Origin: Leptogorgia sarmentosa
Lineage: Eukaryota
Direction of reading: 5' to 3'
Length of the DNA: 64,000 nucleotides
Assembly: GCA_964658305.1 (NCBI GenBank)
Contig: OZ210885.1
Location: 24,986,001 to 25,050,000, forward strand
A program made the position numbers and the translations under genes. The notes beneath the pieces were generated by a model. The model had not been told where the DNA came from. It made no database searches and was given only the letters and a program-made list of their open reading frames with translations. Of the stretch, positions 1-10,812 are shown piece by piece. Each line of letters opens with the position of its first letter. The stretch's first letter is position 1.

Positions 1-192
1 GAACTGGAGGTTTCGGCAGTCCACGAACTGGAGGTTTTGGCAGTCCACGAACTGGGGGCTTTGGCAGTCCACGAACTGGGGGCTTTGGTAGTCCACGAAC
101 TGGGGGCTTTGGCAGTCCACGAACTGGGGGCTTTGGCAGTCCACGAACTGGGGGCTTTGGCAGTCCACGAACTGGGGGTTTTGGCAGTCCAC
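1..192. repeat. 24-bp tandem repeat (TTGGCAGTCCACGAACTGGGGGCT)n, about 8 copies, runs off window
   Basis: Directly visible; translates as (AVHELGAL)n on + or (VDCQSPQF)n on -. Confidence 0.95.
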
Positions 193-374
193 CGTCCACA
201 AGCTCATTTCAACCAAGAGAAGAAAGACGCGTACAAGAACAGTGGATAAACTATTAATTTTTGTTATTTTGTTATATGAATAAATGATTTGAAATTATTT
301 GTTGTTGCCGTTTTTTGTTTGATAAAACCCCACACAATGTTTTTCTTACAAATGATTTTATTAATGCAATAAGT

Positions 375-878
375 TTACAACAATCTTTTACAACATTGAT
401 TAAGGCCACTAGTTGGCTGTTTAAATGTAAAGTGAGCTTGAACAAAACGAAACACTTTTTTATCATTTAATTCGGAATCATTACTAAACATCTGCACGAT
501 TTTTTTCATGCTAACACCGCGTGTTCTATGACTAAGATAAAATATACTATATTGTCCACAAACATCGGACCAGTTTCCCTGTAACTTGCGCTTGTTATAG
601 TTCCATTCGTGAGAATGTTTTTTTAAAAAGTTCTTAAATTCTGTGTAATAATCGGGTGAATGGCCATAGCTGTCAAAAAATTCTCCTTCCCCCTCTGACG
701 GAAAGTAAAAGGCTACCCAATGCGTTCCGGGTTTACTGCTCGGGTCCGTGTTGGCAACAAATCCACAAGGATATTTTTCCAGCGTTTGCGGTATTTTATT
801 GCTAGGAAATACTCCGCAAAACATTTTGCGCGCAATAGGATCTTGTCCTAAAGCGTGTTTTATTTCAAAAGTGTTCAT
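375..878 (-). CDS. Adenain-like cysteine protease (Polinton PRO)
   Basis: NTD..PGTHWVA (His), FFDSYG (Asp) and LQ....VCGQY (Gln/Cys); intact 167 aa. Confidence 0.93.
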   Translation of the reverse strand: MNTFEIKHALGQDPIARKMFCGVFPSNKIPQTLEKYPCGFVANTDPSSKPGTHWVAFYFPSEGEGEFFDSYGHSPDYYTEFKNFLKKHSHEWNYNKRKLQGNWSDVCGQYSIFYLSHRTRGVSMKKIVQMFSNDSELNDKKVFRFVQAHFTFKQPTSGLNQCCKRLL

Positions 879-2206
879 CCTGAGTAATCGTAGATCACGT
901 TTCTCTCCGAGTCGACATGTATGGTATTTTCAAATTCTCCGTAACATACCACGCTTACGGCATTTGCGGGTGCGTTGCCGAACTGGATCTCAATGGCAAG
1001 ATTTCCTTTTTGCACGACATTAAAATGAGCTGAGGATCCACACATGTCTGGCGTCAAATTGAAGGCGTATAGGGTGTAGCCATTTGGGTATTCCTGGCGC
1101 AAAATATCGTTGCCTGTGTTGTAATACATTTTTCCCGTACCGGAAAACAACGTGTTGTAGGCTTCGATGAATCTGGGGGTCGCCGCAGCATAGGAAAGCT
1201 GAAGAGGTCTGAACGGAATTTCTTCCCCATTGACACTAATTCCAACAGAGGTCACGCCGAAATTCTTAAAATTAAAGGGGTTTTTGGTGTACAGGCTGTT
1301 GTACGCATCGCTGTCGACCAAACCAAAAACAAACGTTTTCGGCACCAGGCCGTTGAAAACGTTATCCTTTCTTAGGGAAGGATTACCGCCAGGGACAATG
1401 AAACTTTTGCATTCCACGCGGCGAATGGGATAAATGGCTGGTCCTTTTCGCAGGGCCAGTTCGTGAGCCACAACAACGCTTGGGCTAACTTTTACCTTTC
1501 GTATCTTGAGATAGGCATCGGTTAACTTTACTCTAAAATCGGGATTAGCAGCAGAGGCAATGAGACAAAACTGCTGAATATTTCGATTGAGAACCAATTT
1601 CAGATCAACATAACTCAGCATAAGTCGATCTGTCATAAACACATCGCAAAATATTGGCCCTGCCATCTCAATGGATTTGCTTTCCTTGCTAAATTCATAT
1701 CTTTTGTTTAAGGCTGTATTAGCATCCACAGCAGCCTCTACAGGATTGGCCACGTCCATTTTTCCTGCTTTGTCTTTGTAAAACATGGCTGCCGTAAGCT
1801 GGGAGTCTTTGGCTGCAGGACCATAGTTGAGAAGGGTTTCCAAATACGCACGATACGCATAGGTGCTTGTTGCTTGCGTCACCTGCTTTTCTTTCAAAAA
1901 TACATCAACTTGTTTGAATAGACTATGTAGGAAATTATTGACGATTCCTACTTCTTCGTTTCAATCAAGATTGGCTCCGTTTGCTTTTGTTACTTTTGCT
2001 CGTACCACCAAAATTGTCTTTGACAAATCCACATAATCTTCGTTACCAGGAATTAAGAAAGTGATTGGGCCTGCGTCTGCAACACTGGATACCGGTTGAT
2101 ATTCTTCCCAGCGTCCCCTTTCCAAACTTGTTTGTGTTGGTGGTACCGAAAACAAATCGAGCTCACTTTTGCTACACTCTTGCGATTTTGAATGTACGAA
2201 ATTCAT
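875..2206 (-). pseudogene. Major capsid protein (double jelly-roll, Polinton PY/hexon-like) with one in-frame stop
   Basis: Typical N-terminus CSKSELDLFSVPPTQTS, NPFNF and GYTLYAFNLTPD motifs. ORFs 1961-2206 and 875-1897 are in the same frame, separated by TGA at 1961-1963. Confidence 0.9.
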
Positions 2207-2209
2207 TTT

Positions 2210-2734
2210 TTAACCGAATATATCTTGAGGAGATGCTCTTCGTTTCTTGGGCTGTTTGCTTCTGGCTCTTGATGTGGATGGTTTCCTCTTTTTAACTGTG
2301 GGTGTTTTGCTTCTGGATCGTTTAACCGTGCTTTTTGACCCATTAGCACTTTTGGGTCGCTTGGTGCTTGTGCTTCTCGTTCGTTTACGACGTGTTCCGC
2401 TTCCGGTTTGTTTGTTTGCTTGCATTTGTTCCATTGCTTTGGCTTTTGCGGTACTAAGGGCCTGTAAACCTCTTGCTTTTGCGGCTTCTTTAACATTCTT
2501 TCCAGATGCAATGTCTCCAAGAAGATCTGCACCAGTTGTTGCCACTATTTTTCCAAGAGCTTTTCCTCCTCGCTTTAACATAGGCATGGCAACTTTGGCA
2601 ATGCTACGAAACAAATTGCCGAGTCCGTAACCCATTTGCCCACGACCCCTTTGCCATAAGCTACCTCGGAATACAGGCATACCGTGCCCTTGCTGCTGAG
2701 TCAAGTAATATGATACGTAAGGATTACTATACAT
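2210..2734 (-). CDS. Basic core/membrane-active protein (adintovirus cupiennin-like; functional analogue of adenovirus pVI/pVII)
   Basis: QxGxG-type motifs (QQGHG, QRGRG, QMGYG, QTGSG), amphipathic GLGNLFRSIAKVAMPMLKRGGKALGK and K/R/S-rich tail; lies between penton and MCP. Confidence 0.75.
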   Translation of the reverse strand: MYSNPYVSYYLTQQQGHGMPVFRGSLWQRGRGQMGYGLGNLFRSIAKVAMPMLKRGGKALGKIVATTGADLLGDIASGKNVKEAAKARGLQALSTAKAKAMEQMQANKQTGSGTRRKRTRSTSTKRPKSANGSKSTVKRSRSKTPTVKKRKPSTSRARSKQPKKRRASPQDIFG

Positions 2735-3504
2735 TATGTGAAATAAGCTAACTTCTTAAAGTGAAGTGTCACCACCACCTTGCCGCGTTCAAATGGCACG
2801 GGATCGCCCGTGTCGGTCCTTAAAAGTATTTCCACAGTTTCAAATGATTTTGTCTGAACAGGCACGTACTGTATATTCGTAAATGTTTCAGCAATGTTAT
2901 CGCCAAACTTTCCTTTCACGGGAATGGTCTTAAGCAATTGAGCGCTTGTGTCTCCCACCACCTGAGGCCGAACAATGTCACAATAAACGTAAATGTTTGA
3001 TATGACAAACACATCTGCGGCGTATGGGCTTTCGGTTGTTTTTTTCAACATTACTTCCTCTCCTCCAAAACCCAGCATAACGGATATCAGTGAAGAGGGG
3101 GAAAAACCGTACTTTGGTTTTATTTCAACTGTCGTTTTTGTTGTCACTGAATTGTACGTTATTTTGATGTTGTTCCCTACATTTTTTGCTAGCGCTTCAT
3201 TTATGGCTTTAACCAGATCATTTACAGTTGCGTAGTGACCGTATTGAACAGTGTAACTCCACCACGCACCAGTGCTAGGTTCCATGTAAAAAATATGGGA
3301 TGCTGTGTTGACATTTGGTACAGTGTACCAACTAAAAGGATATGAAATGGAGTACAGCCCCACTTCCCAATTTCCTTCCAATTCAATACCTTCTGGTAGG
3401 CTTACACGATAATCGGTGGTTTTATTGTTTGGAAAGACATCCGAAGATGCATTGCTAGGAAGCGTTAAGTAAAAATGCGCTCTGCTCATGATGAATGATA
3501 GCAA
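2734..3504 (-). CDS. Minor capsid protein (penton, Polinton PX)
   Basis: FYLTLPSNAS...N...YRV.LP..I.L.G.WEVGL N-terminus and YVYCDIV.PQVVGD....LL...VVTLHFK C-terminus. Confidence 0.88.
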   Translation of the reverse strand: MLSFIMSRAHFYLTLPSNASSDVFPNNKTTDYRVSLPEGIELEGNWEVGLYSISYPFSWYTVPNVNTASHIFYMEPSTGAWWSYTVQYGHYATVNDLVKAINEALAKNVGNNIKITYNSVTTKTTVEIKPKYGFSPSSLISVMLGFGGEEVMLKKTTESPYAADVFVISNIYVYCDIVRPQVVGDTSAQLLKTIPVKGKFGDNIAETFTNIQYVPVQTKSFETVEILLRTDTGDPVPFERGKVVVTLHFKKLAYFT

Positions 3505-3526
3505 AAAATAACACCAACATAAGGAT

Positions 3527-4600
3527 TTAGATCTTTTTTATTTGAGATGCCGGTACCCATGAATTAAATTTGTTTGGGTAGCCTAACCATTTTACAAGAT
3601 ATTGTACATTACTTCCCCTCCCGCGTTTCTTCAGGATTTTTTCCACCTCGTACATGTCATCTTGCTTGATTATTTTTTGCAACTCTTTATCGTAAAACGT
3701 GCCTTTGATTTCTTCGTCGTCATAATCTTTAAGTTTATACACTGGTGGATCGCGAGGAATTTGTTTGCTTACAGTAAAAATTTCCTTGGAAAAGTTAGGC
3801 AGGTAACCTTTTTCAAATGTACGTTTCATTTTACTGATTCTAACATGATCCCCTACTTTAAACTTATACGTTGGAGTTTTTTTAGTATAATGGTCACCGT
3901 ACGACGTGTGCCATACTTGTTCCTCGTTCTCCCTTGTAACATCTACGGGTTTAAGTTTAATACTATGATGGACGCTATGATTATATGAATATACTAAATT
4001 AGGTAACATGTCAATGTATCTCATTGTTTTATTGGCGGTAAAGTAACGCCACATTTTTGTTTTCAATGTACGAATCAACCGTTCCACAATAGAAGCTTTC
4101 GTTTCGTTGTACGTATTGTAAAGTTCGATGTCTTCTTCCTTCATCAGTGCTCAAAAATGCCTGTTTAAAAACTCCGTACCCTGATCCGTCATGATTTTTT
4201 CGGGTTTACGTCCAGAAGCCAAGATGATTTTAAACGCTTCTACCAGCGCAGGTCCTGTTTTGTTTTTCAAGGGAACGACCCACGCATACTTGGAGAAAAC
4301 GTCAATGCAAACGAGTAAATACGGATAACCGTCATTAAATTTCTGCATTGATTGTAAATCAGCTAAATCCATCTGCCATTGCTGGTCAATACCTCCTATG
4401 ATAACACGATTTCGCCTAGAGGGGCGACGCATGGGTTTGTGTAAAGTGTACGTATCTTGTTTCATCAACCATTCCTTGATTTTCTTTCGACTTATCTTAA
4501 ACTTTCCTTCTTCTTTAACATCTCGATACAGGCGCTCTACTCCGCCAAGTCCTCCCGCGCGTTTCGGATCGTAGTAAACACTCTATAGGTACTCGTCCAT
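3527..4600 (-). pseudogene. Retroviral-like (rve) integrase with C-terminal chromodomain; two in-frame stops
   Basis: WQMDLAD, IDVFSKYAW, TDQGTEF, ERLIRTLK and chromodomain YEVEKIL..YLVKWLGY..NSW; ATG at 4600, stops at 4583-4585 and 4151-4153. Confidence 0.92.
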
Positions 4601-4643
4601 GATAACACATAAAATGAAAATTATGTTGAGCAATGCTACCCTT

Positions 4644-4859
4644 TTATTCGTCAATGATTTGAGGGGGTTCATCTTCAACGGGTTGTGGCTCGACGGTTGT
4701 AAGTTTGTCATAGTTTTTAATGGTTTTACTGTTATAGCCCATCTGTAAATGTCCCTCCAAATTAAGATCATTTCGACCGAAACTTATACCGATTTTAAAC
4801 ATTTTAAGTCTGTTGTGATTTTTGTTGATTTTCGGATTTTTGCTTGCAGAGTGACCCAT
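4644..4859 (-). CDS. Small 71-aa ORF with N-myristoylation-like start (MGHSASK)
   Basis: ATG at 4859 gives MGxxxSK; co-oriented just upstream of the integrase. Confidence 0.4.
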   Translation of the reverse strand: MGHSASKNPKINKNHNRLKMFKIGISFGRNDLNLEGHLQMGYNSKTIKNYDKLTTVEPQPVEDEPPQIIDE

Positions 4860-4919
4860 CTTATGCCCACATATGAACGGGTTTGCAGTCAAACGTCTTT
4901 TGGCATTCGACAAGGAAAG

Positions 4920-5294
4920 ATGTCCTGCTTTATAGACATTGACAATTTAGAATTAGTTTTACATCATCGTCAGCAGGATTCTATAAAAAAACTTTTAAAA
5001 ATTTTTGCACAGGAAATTGCGTCAATTATAAATCAGATAACCATTGAAAATTGTACAGGGTGTAAAAACGAGCATTTGTCTCAAACACATCACGACTGTC
5101 TTACAATGGAAAAGGATGAACGATTATACAGATATTTTGATGTTGCTTTGGAAAGGGTTTCAGCAATAAAAATCAAAGATGCATACCTTCAACTTTATTC
5201 AGATGCAAACGACATTGAAAAGTGGAAAGCTGTTATTTATACGGAACAAAGACAACGATTAAAACAGGAAATCTTTCATTTGCTTGGAGTATAA
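4920..5294 (+). CDS. Polinton accessory ORF of unknown function (CxxC...H.SQ..H.C motif)
   Basis: Open frame MSCFIDIDNL...CTGCKNEHLSQTHHDCL; first of a small + strand cluster convergent with pPolB. Confidence 0.55.
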   Translation: MSCFIDIDNLELVLHHRQQDSIKKLLKIFAQEIASIINQITIENCTGCKNEHLSQTHHDCLTMEKDERLYRYFDVALERVSAIKIKDAYLQLYSDANDIEKWKAVIYTEQRQRLKQEIFHLLGV

Positions 5295-5332
5295 AGTCCC
5301 GCAGTTTTAAGAGTGCATTAACAGTTGACAAC

Positions 5333-5509
5333 ATGCCTTTGAAGAAGAAACAACGCGCGTGTGTTCGTAAAACAAGCAAACGAGCAAAAAAGGTTAAACG
5401 AGTGAACAAACTCGCGATAACGTTCAAAAGCTCAAAAGTTATTATTAAAAAGACAACCGGGTGTAAAAGAATCGAGAGAAAACTTTTCATACTGAACAAG
5501 CAACAGTAG
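5333..5509 (+). CDS. Small basic accessory ORF
   Basis: MPLKKKQRACVRKTSKRAKKVKR..., K/R-rich. Confidence 0.35.
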   Translation: MPLKKKQRACVRKTSKRAKKVKRVNKLAITFKSSKVIIKKTTGCKRIERKLFILNKQQ

Positions 5510-5866
5510 TGATGACTATCGACATACTTTTTCAGAGTAAAGGTATGCTAGTACTCGAAGTGAACATGACAGCTTCCAACTTTTGGAATAAGATCATGAA
5601 ATGGGTAGAACAGACGAAGAAGTAGACAAGTGGTTTCCAAACGGTGAAGAATGTAAGAAGTACGATGATAAAAAGTTTATCGATAAAGTTTGGGATGGAT
5701 GCGTACAGTGGGGATATATTTCTGAAGAGTACGACATTTTGGGAAGGTTTTTGGATGAAATAGAAATAGTGTAATATGTGCTACTCGCACTGCAAACATG
5801 TTTGAAAAATGCACTCATCGTTTTATAAATCGTATTTATTTTTAAGTATAACTTTTGTAATACAAT

Positions 5867-8800
5867 TTAATATCCATAAGGTAATGTTTTGTAATTATTT
5901 ACAATTACACGTTTATCATAAACAATGCGATAGTCTTTTTTCATGCGTTTTGTCTCGATTTCCTTCGTTTGGGCATTTCTTGTGATCCTGAAGGGAATGT
6001 CCACCGATACATGTCCCGTCACTTGACACTCAGCAGTAAAAACACCAACGCACGAATCACGTCAAAATTCACTTTTTGCCTTGCCGTACAGTCCAAGGTA
6101 ATGCCACGGATGTTTGGTCTCAACTTTTCCGCTGTTGGTACGGTAGCAATAGTTCTTTGGACCACCAGATGCGAACACGGTAATGTATTCCCCTCCCAGC
6201 TCGTCGGTCAAATCACCCAGATGGTTGCCAAGAGGGGGTTCCTGTTCGTTCGGTTTGCTCACAAAAATCACCGAGTCGGTATCGTAGTACAAGACCCTTT
6301 CTTGTAACATATCCAAAACGTCGTACAATTTAAGGCGCGCGTAGGCGGTGGTAAAGGCAGCGATGACCACGTTGGTTTTGGCATCGGGTTGAATAAAGTT
6401 ATCGGTATACTCGTACCGGACTTCAATAAGGTCGTCACTCACGAGGTCAGCGTCGAGCATGTTGTTCAAAGAACACCTGCGGATCGTCGATCTGTTCGGT
6501 TTTGACCATGTTGGAACGCTGGGCAAACTTGCCTAAACATAAAAAAACTTCAAAAGCATGTAAAAGTTCACTAATACTTACCCCAAAACGAATTCAGCAT
6601 TAATTTTGCCAAAGCGCGTAATCCTGGATTGTACTCGATCTTGCTGGGATCCAGACGAATACCGGAGTTTTCAAAGTAGTCGTCCGCGTAATGTTGCTTC
6701 TGCTCCTCCGTCACACAATCCTTCGGGTAGCCACTCGCCTCTTGTTTGATTTTCAAAAACGCATTAATATACTCTTTGAACAACTCGTCGGAGGTATTGG
6801 GAAAATGCCACACTTCGTGGATGGTAAGAATTTGATAGCCCTTTTCTAAGGCTTTTTCCAGCTCGACGCTGCACCATGTTCCTTGGATAGCTCTTTCGTT
6901 GTCGGAATGGGTACACGGACTTTGATTACTGGTGTCGGCGCATGTTTTGCACAGTGAAAACATCAGCTTGCCCTGAGTGCGGTAGGGAAGCACAGGATGA
7001 AACAGATCTCGCGGTGGAAGCACCGTACATTTGATCAAACCAAAATAGGTGGAGATGTCGTCAAAGTTTTCAGTGATGATGCGTGGATGGCCCACAACCG
7101 TCCGGGTCATTTTATTGCACCACGGATAAAGGCTCGTGAAGTCGACATACCTAAACATAAAATTATTGTCACACATGGCGTAAAAACATAACATCCATCA
7201 TTTCTTCCTACCTTATCTTTTCATCACCTTCGCATTCATGGAAAAGCTTGGCTGCATTAGTTCGTCCACCATATAGGGCATCGCGAGGTTCCAGAGAATC
7301 AACAAGATCATACTGGTCAAAATACAGTTTCATTCCTTCATCGTTAGCCAACTCTCGGTTGATGGTACACTCCCAAACTTCCGTCACGTTATAACCTTGA
7401 GACTTCAAGTACTCGGTTTTCTCTACGGTGGCTTGGTGAAGATCGTGCATGGTATTTCCCACAACAGGATTCACTGTATCGCGAGAGTAACAATTGATAC
7501 AACCTAAAAAAAATGTTTCATTAGTATACAAATTCAAACTGTCATTTTAAAGTAAAAAACTTACCATGCCAAAAACAGCTGTGGAATTCGTATGCGGTGT
7601 GTGTTTCTTCGTGATACCCGTCCAACAAATAAGGACCAACACGTTTTTCGCCACCATTACGAGCATGCTGAATGTAAATCGCGTTCTTCTCTGCCGTATA
7701 CGATAACCATTTCAGCGCAAGGAGGGACTGTTTGTTCTTAGGACAATAACCGTGTGGTGGAATAATGGCAATGGTGTTTTCTTCGAGATAATTTGTTCGA
7801 TACACGAGATTGCACACCGACGCGATAGTCAAACATTTCTCGAAGGGATCAATATCAGTGACGTCGCAAAACAGCTCGCGGAATTGCACGCAGCAACGAC
7901 GAAGTATGTCCACATCCGAACGACAGTAGGATAAAATTTCTTCTCGGAAGTTAAACACGTAGTTGGCGTCCTTCAATTGAGTATGCCACTGCAAAAACTT
8001 CTCTTTCGCTGAAGGACTCATTCCGTTCGGGTTGTAGTAGGGTGCAGGTGGTATGGGGCCGATATAATCTTCCTTCTCTTTCTTGTTGAACAGATGAGGG
8101 AAATAACCTTTCGCGAGTTCGTCGAAACCAAACGTTTTGGGGAAATCGGCTAATCGCATAGGAATAAAGTTCAACGAGTCGATGAACTTGATCTTGAACA
8201 TAGGTACTGTGAGGGAAAGGACTTTAGCACCTCGCATTATGACATCGTACTTGACACCGTTCTCGCGTAGGAACTGAAGAACAAAGTAGCTGTCGTAACC
8301 CTAAAAATTGTGTGCCATCACAACACTGTTCGCCCGTTCTTTACGAAATAGCCATTCGCAAAACTCGTTGCGTGCATTATCGCCTTCGAACACCCACTCG
8401 TCGCCGGCTTCGTTCTGAACAATGCACAAGTTCGGTTCGTGATTCCCGTTTTCTTGCCGACATTCAAAGTCGAAAAACAGTAGCTGGTCGTATCCGTCTT
8501 TGATAACTTCGTCCGATTCTCGTACCGGTTGCATGTAACAACGATGATCGGCCGTTCCAACGTCCTCTTTGCAAATAGGGCACCTGGTCATACCACAACG
8601 ATGTTTTTCAGGATCTTTTTTATAGCGTTTCACCACGTTTTGGCATTCGGAACATCTCACCAATGTCGCACAAATGGATTTTCCCGCAGTTTGTTTATGT
8701 CTTTCGAAACACGCTCGACTTTTAAATGTACGGTTACAATCGTCACAACGAATCCACGATTCGACGGGGCAATCGCCAGGGAAACGACAGCACTTACACG

Positions 8801-9947
8801 CGTTTGGACATAGGTGATTTTCTTGATGATCATACGTTTTCTTACACGTATGACAATAGTACGAACGTGCAAAAAATCCAGGCATGGTCGTGATCACATC
8901 GTAGTGGTTATCGTGCAGGTAAAGGTATATCTTCTTCTCTTGCTCGGGACCGTCAAAAATAAGAGCGTTCTGATACTCTTTCGACACGATATTGATCTGG
9001 TATTCGGAAAGGTGGGTCTGAAACTGTTTGACTTCGTCCAAACCGCAAGCACCCAAAGGAACGCCAGCTTTCTCGTGCAGGTCTCGAGCCAAACGAGCTT
9101 GCATCGGCTTTCGATGATCGGCGATGTATTTATACTGTGGATCTTTTTCGATTTTAGCTTTTGCAACAAACAATGCTCTTGCCAAACAAAGTTCGTCGTT
9201 GTTCTGGATGCGTAAAATCGAACGTTTCTTTGCCAAATGTTTCTCGAGATTAATCTGTGCTCGCTTTCTACCCTTACCGCCATGGGGCATTTCAACGTGC
9301 GTAATATTGACATCGACGCCGTCGTTGAAGTGAAAATCGTAATTGGATTGAACCACTTTTTCGAATTCGGACAGCACGCGCTCGGTGGTTAAACGGTCAC
9401 GGGACATGAAAGGAAAGGAGATAGGTTTTTCCAGTTGCACTGAACGGAGAACAAAACGCACTTGATCGTGAGACGCTGCTCCTCCGATAATTTGATTCAA
9501 CAAATTTTGAAACATCTCGTGCAGTCGACCGTGGTATTGGGAAAGTTCCATGTCAGTAAACTGGACGTGGTAGTCAATGCCCGTAGTGTTAAACTTTTTC
9601 ACATTGACTTGTCTCGTACTTTGTAGATGAAACCCATCGTCATCATCCTGTCCTTGACCAATTTGAGGTTCGTCATCAATTTCATCATAGGATCGCTTTT
9701 CCCCTTGCGTTGCCATCTCGTCATCTTGCCAATCCCGCAAAAACCGCTCGCGTTGCTCGGGTGTCCATGTATCTGTAAGATCAGGTACTATTCCCAAGCG
9801 CTCGTTCTCCAAACGCCATTGGGAAACTCTATTAAAAATCTCCAACTTCCTCTCGAACACAAGTCGTTGTTCCATTTCAGTCAATACATGTTGATTTTCC
9901 AAAGCCGTAAGCTCAGCAATCGTTTCACATTTCATAATTGAATCCAT
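5867..9947 (-). pseudogene. Protein-primed family B DNA polymerase (pPolB), intron-containing, with nonsense and frameshift damage
   Basis: Exo motifs FFDFE, AHNF*GYD, YCRSDV; after splicing YVDFTSLYP, KLMLNSFWGKFAQR, YYDTDS, GPKNY; ends DKRVI..TLPYGY. Introns at 7504-7564, 7151-7211 and 6533-6581; TAG at 8301-8303; frameshifts near 6465 and 6110. Confidence 0.95.
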
Positions 9948-10118
9948 CTCTAAAAACCACAATTTTTTCCTTATTATTTGTTCTCTTTTATACCGACATG
10001 AACATCTCATGACTCACCTTATAACAATTCGCTCCGTAAAAATGTCTTTGCTAAAAATTTGCTCTGAAAACCACCAAATCTCCAACACGACTGGCGCTAT
10101 GTGTTTGACCGTAACATA

Positions 10119-10126
10119 TATTTATA
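10119..10126 (-). promoter_or_regulatory. Candidate TATA box of the pPolB promoter
   Basis: TATAAATA-like box on - strand about 30-35 bp upstream of an Inr-like CCAGTC, followed by a candidate 5'UTR intron (9950-10017) and the ATG. Confidence 0.4.
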
Positions 10127-10233
10127 CTACACCTGTAGCGCTAGTTAAACCTTTGTTGCGCTACATCCTTACACAAACATTATTAACTTTGTCGCGCACA
10201 TTTAAAATAAAAGCTTGAATAAAAAAGTTTAAA

Positions 10234-10535
10234 ATAATCACTCCTTCTGTGACGTTCGTAGCGCTGTAGCGCTAACATATAAGTACACATGTTTTTGTTA
10301 GCTTTGTAACGCTACACTATTATTACAACACACATTGTTAGCTTTGTCGCGCCACATCCTTACGCACATTTAAAATAAAAGCCTGAATATTTAAAAATAA
10401 AAGCCTGAATATAAAAGTTTAAAAATAAGAGTTCATATTTCAAATGTTTGAAAATAAAAATTTGGCCCTTTCGCAATATATGGGCAGATATATTTAATAT
10501 CGAAATAGGTCAGGGTCAGAACAGTGGTTCGGGTC
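10234..10535 (+). repeat. ~300-bp direct repeat copy A (copy B = 10976-11011 + 17843-18233, interrupted by BEL and a MITE)
   Basis: Shared AATAATCACTCC.TCTGTGACGTTCGTAGC...AAGTACACATGTTTTTGTTAGC...GGCCCTTTCGCAATATATGGGCAG...GGTCAGGGTCAGAACAGTGGTTCGGGTCA. Confidence 0.85.
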
Positions 10536-10590
10536 ATGGTTTTGAGCACTTGTGAGCGATGCTCATAAGGCCCTATTCATGGTGGCAATA

Positions 10591-10670
10591 GTGAGTAATA
10601 CATTAGTAAATTACTAGTTGTGATTGTATATTATGGCAGCAATAACCCAGGCTCGATTCCTGCTCACGCA
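10591..10670 (+). pseudogene. Degenerate tRNA-His-like sequence
   Basis: 3' part TAACCCAGGCTCGATTCCTGCTCACGCA resembles the metazoan tRNA-His T-arm/acceptor; TTGTG anticodon-like loop; 5' half decayed. Confidence 0.4.
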
Positions 10671-10724
10671 TTCAATAATGTGGGTATTATAATAGGCAGT
10701 GAAGTTCATAACTTATCATCTGAT

Positions 10725-10812
10725 CCTTCGGTAGCTCAATCGGTAGAGCGAGGGACTGTAGATGTATTCTATTGTAATCCCTAGGTCGTTGGTTCGAACC
10801 CAGCTCGGAGGA
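10725..10812 (+). tRNA. trnY: tRNA-Tyr (anticodon GTA at 10758-10760) with 15-nt intron (10762-10776)
   Basis: Acceptor CCTTCGG/TCGGAGG, D-stem GCTC/GAGC, anticodon stem AGGGA/TCCCT, T-arm GTTGG-TTCGAAC-CCAGC; mature length 73 nt; intron after position 37; T-run terminator immediately downstream. Confidence 0.9.

Noticed and set aside
1..192. CRISPR-like array
   Set aside because: Contiguous 24-bp tandem units without unique spacers; eukaryotic context and no cas genes.
4583..8303. Programmed UAG readthrough of integrase and pPolB by the element's tRNA-Tyr
   Set aside because: The stops are simple point-mutation products at positions with no reason to be Tyr; TGA stops and frameshifts also occur, so ordinary decay explains them.
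375..10010. Prophage or bacterial contamination
   Set aside because: Spliceosomal introns, chromodomain integrase, eukaryotic tRNA intron and nested eukaryotic TEs show an endogenous eukaryotic element.
1..10010. Packaging ATPase of Polinton 1
   Set aside because: No Walker A ORF in this span; probably outside the window, so its absence is not interpretable.
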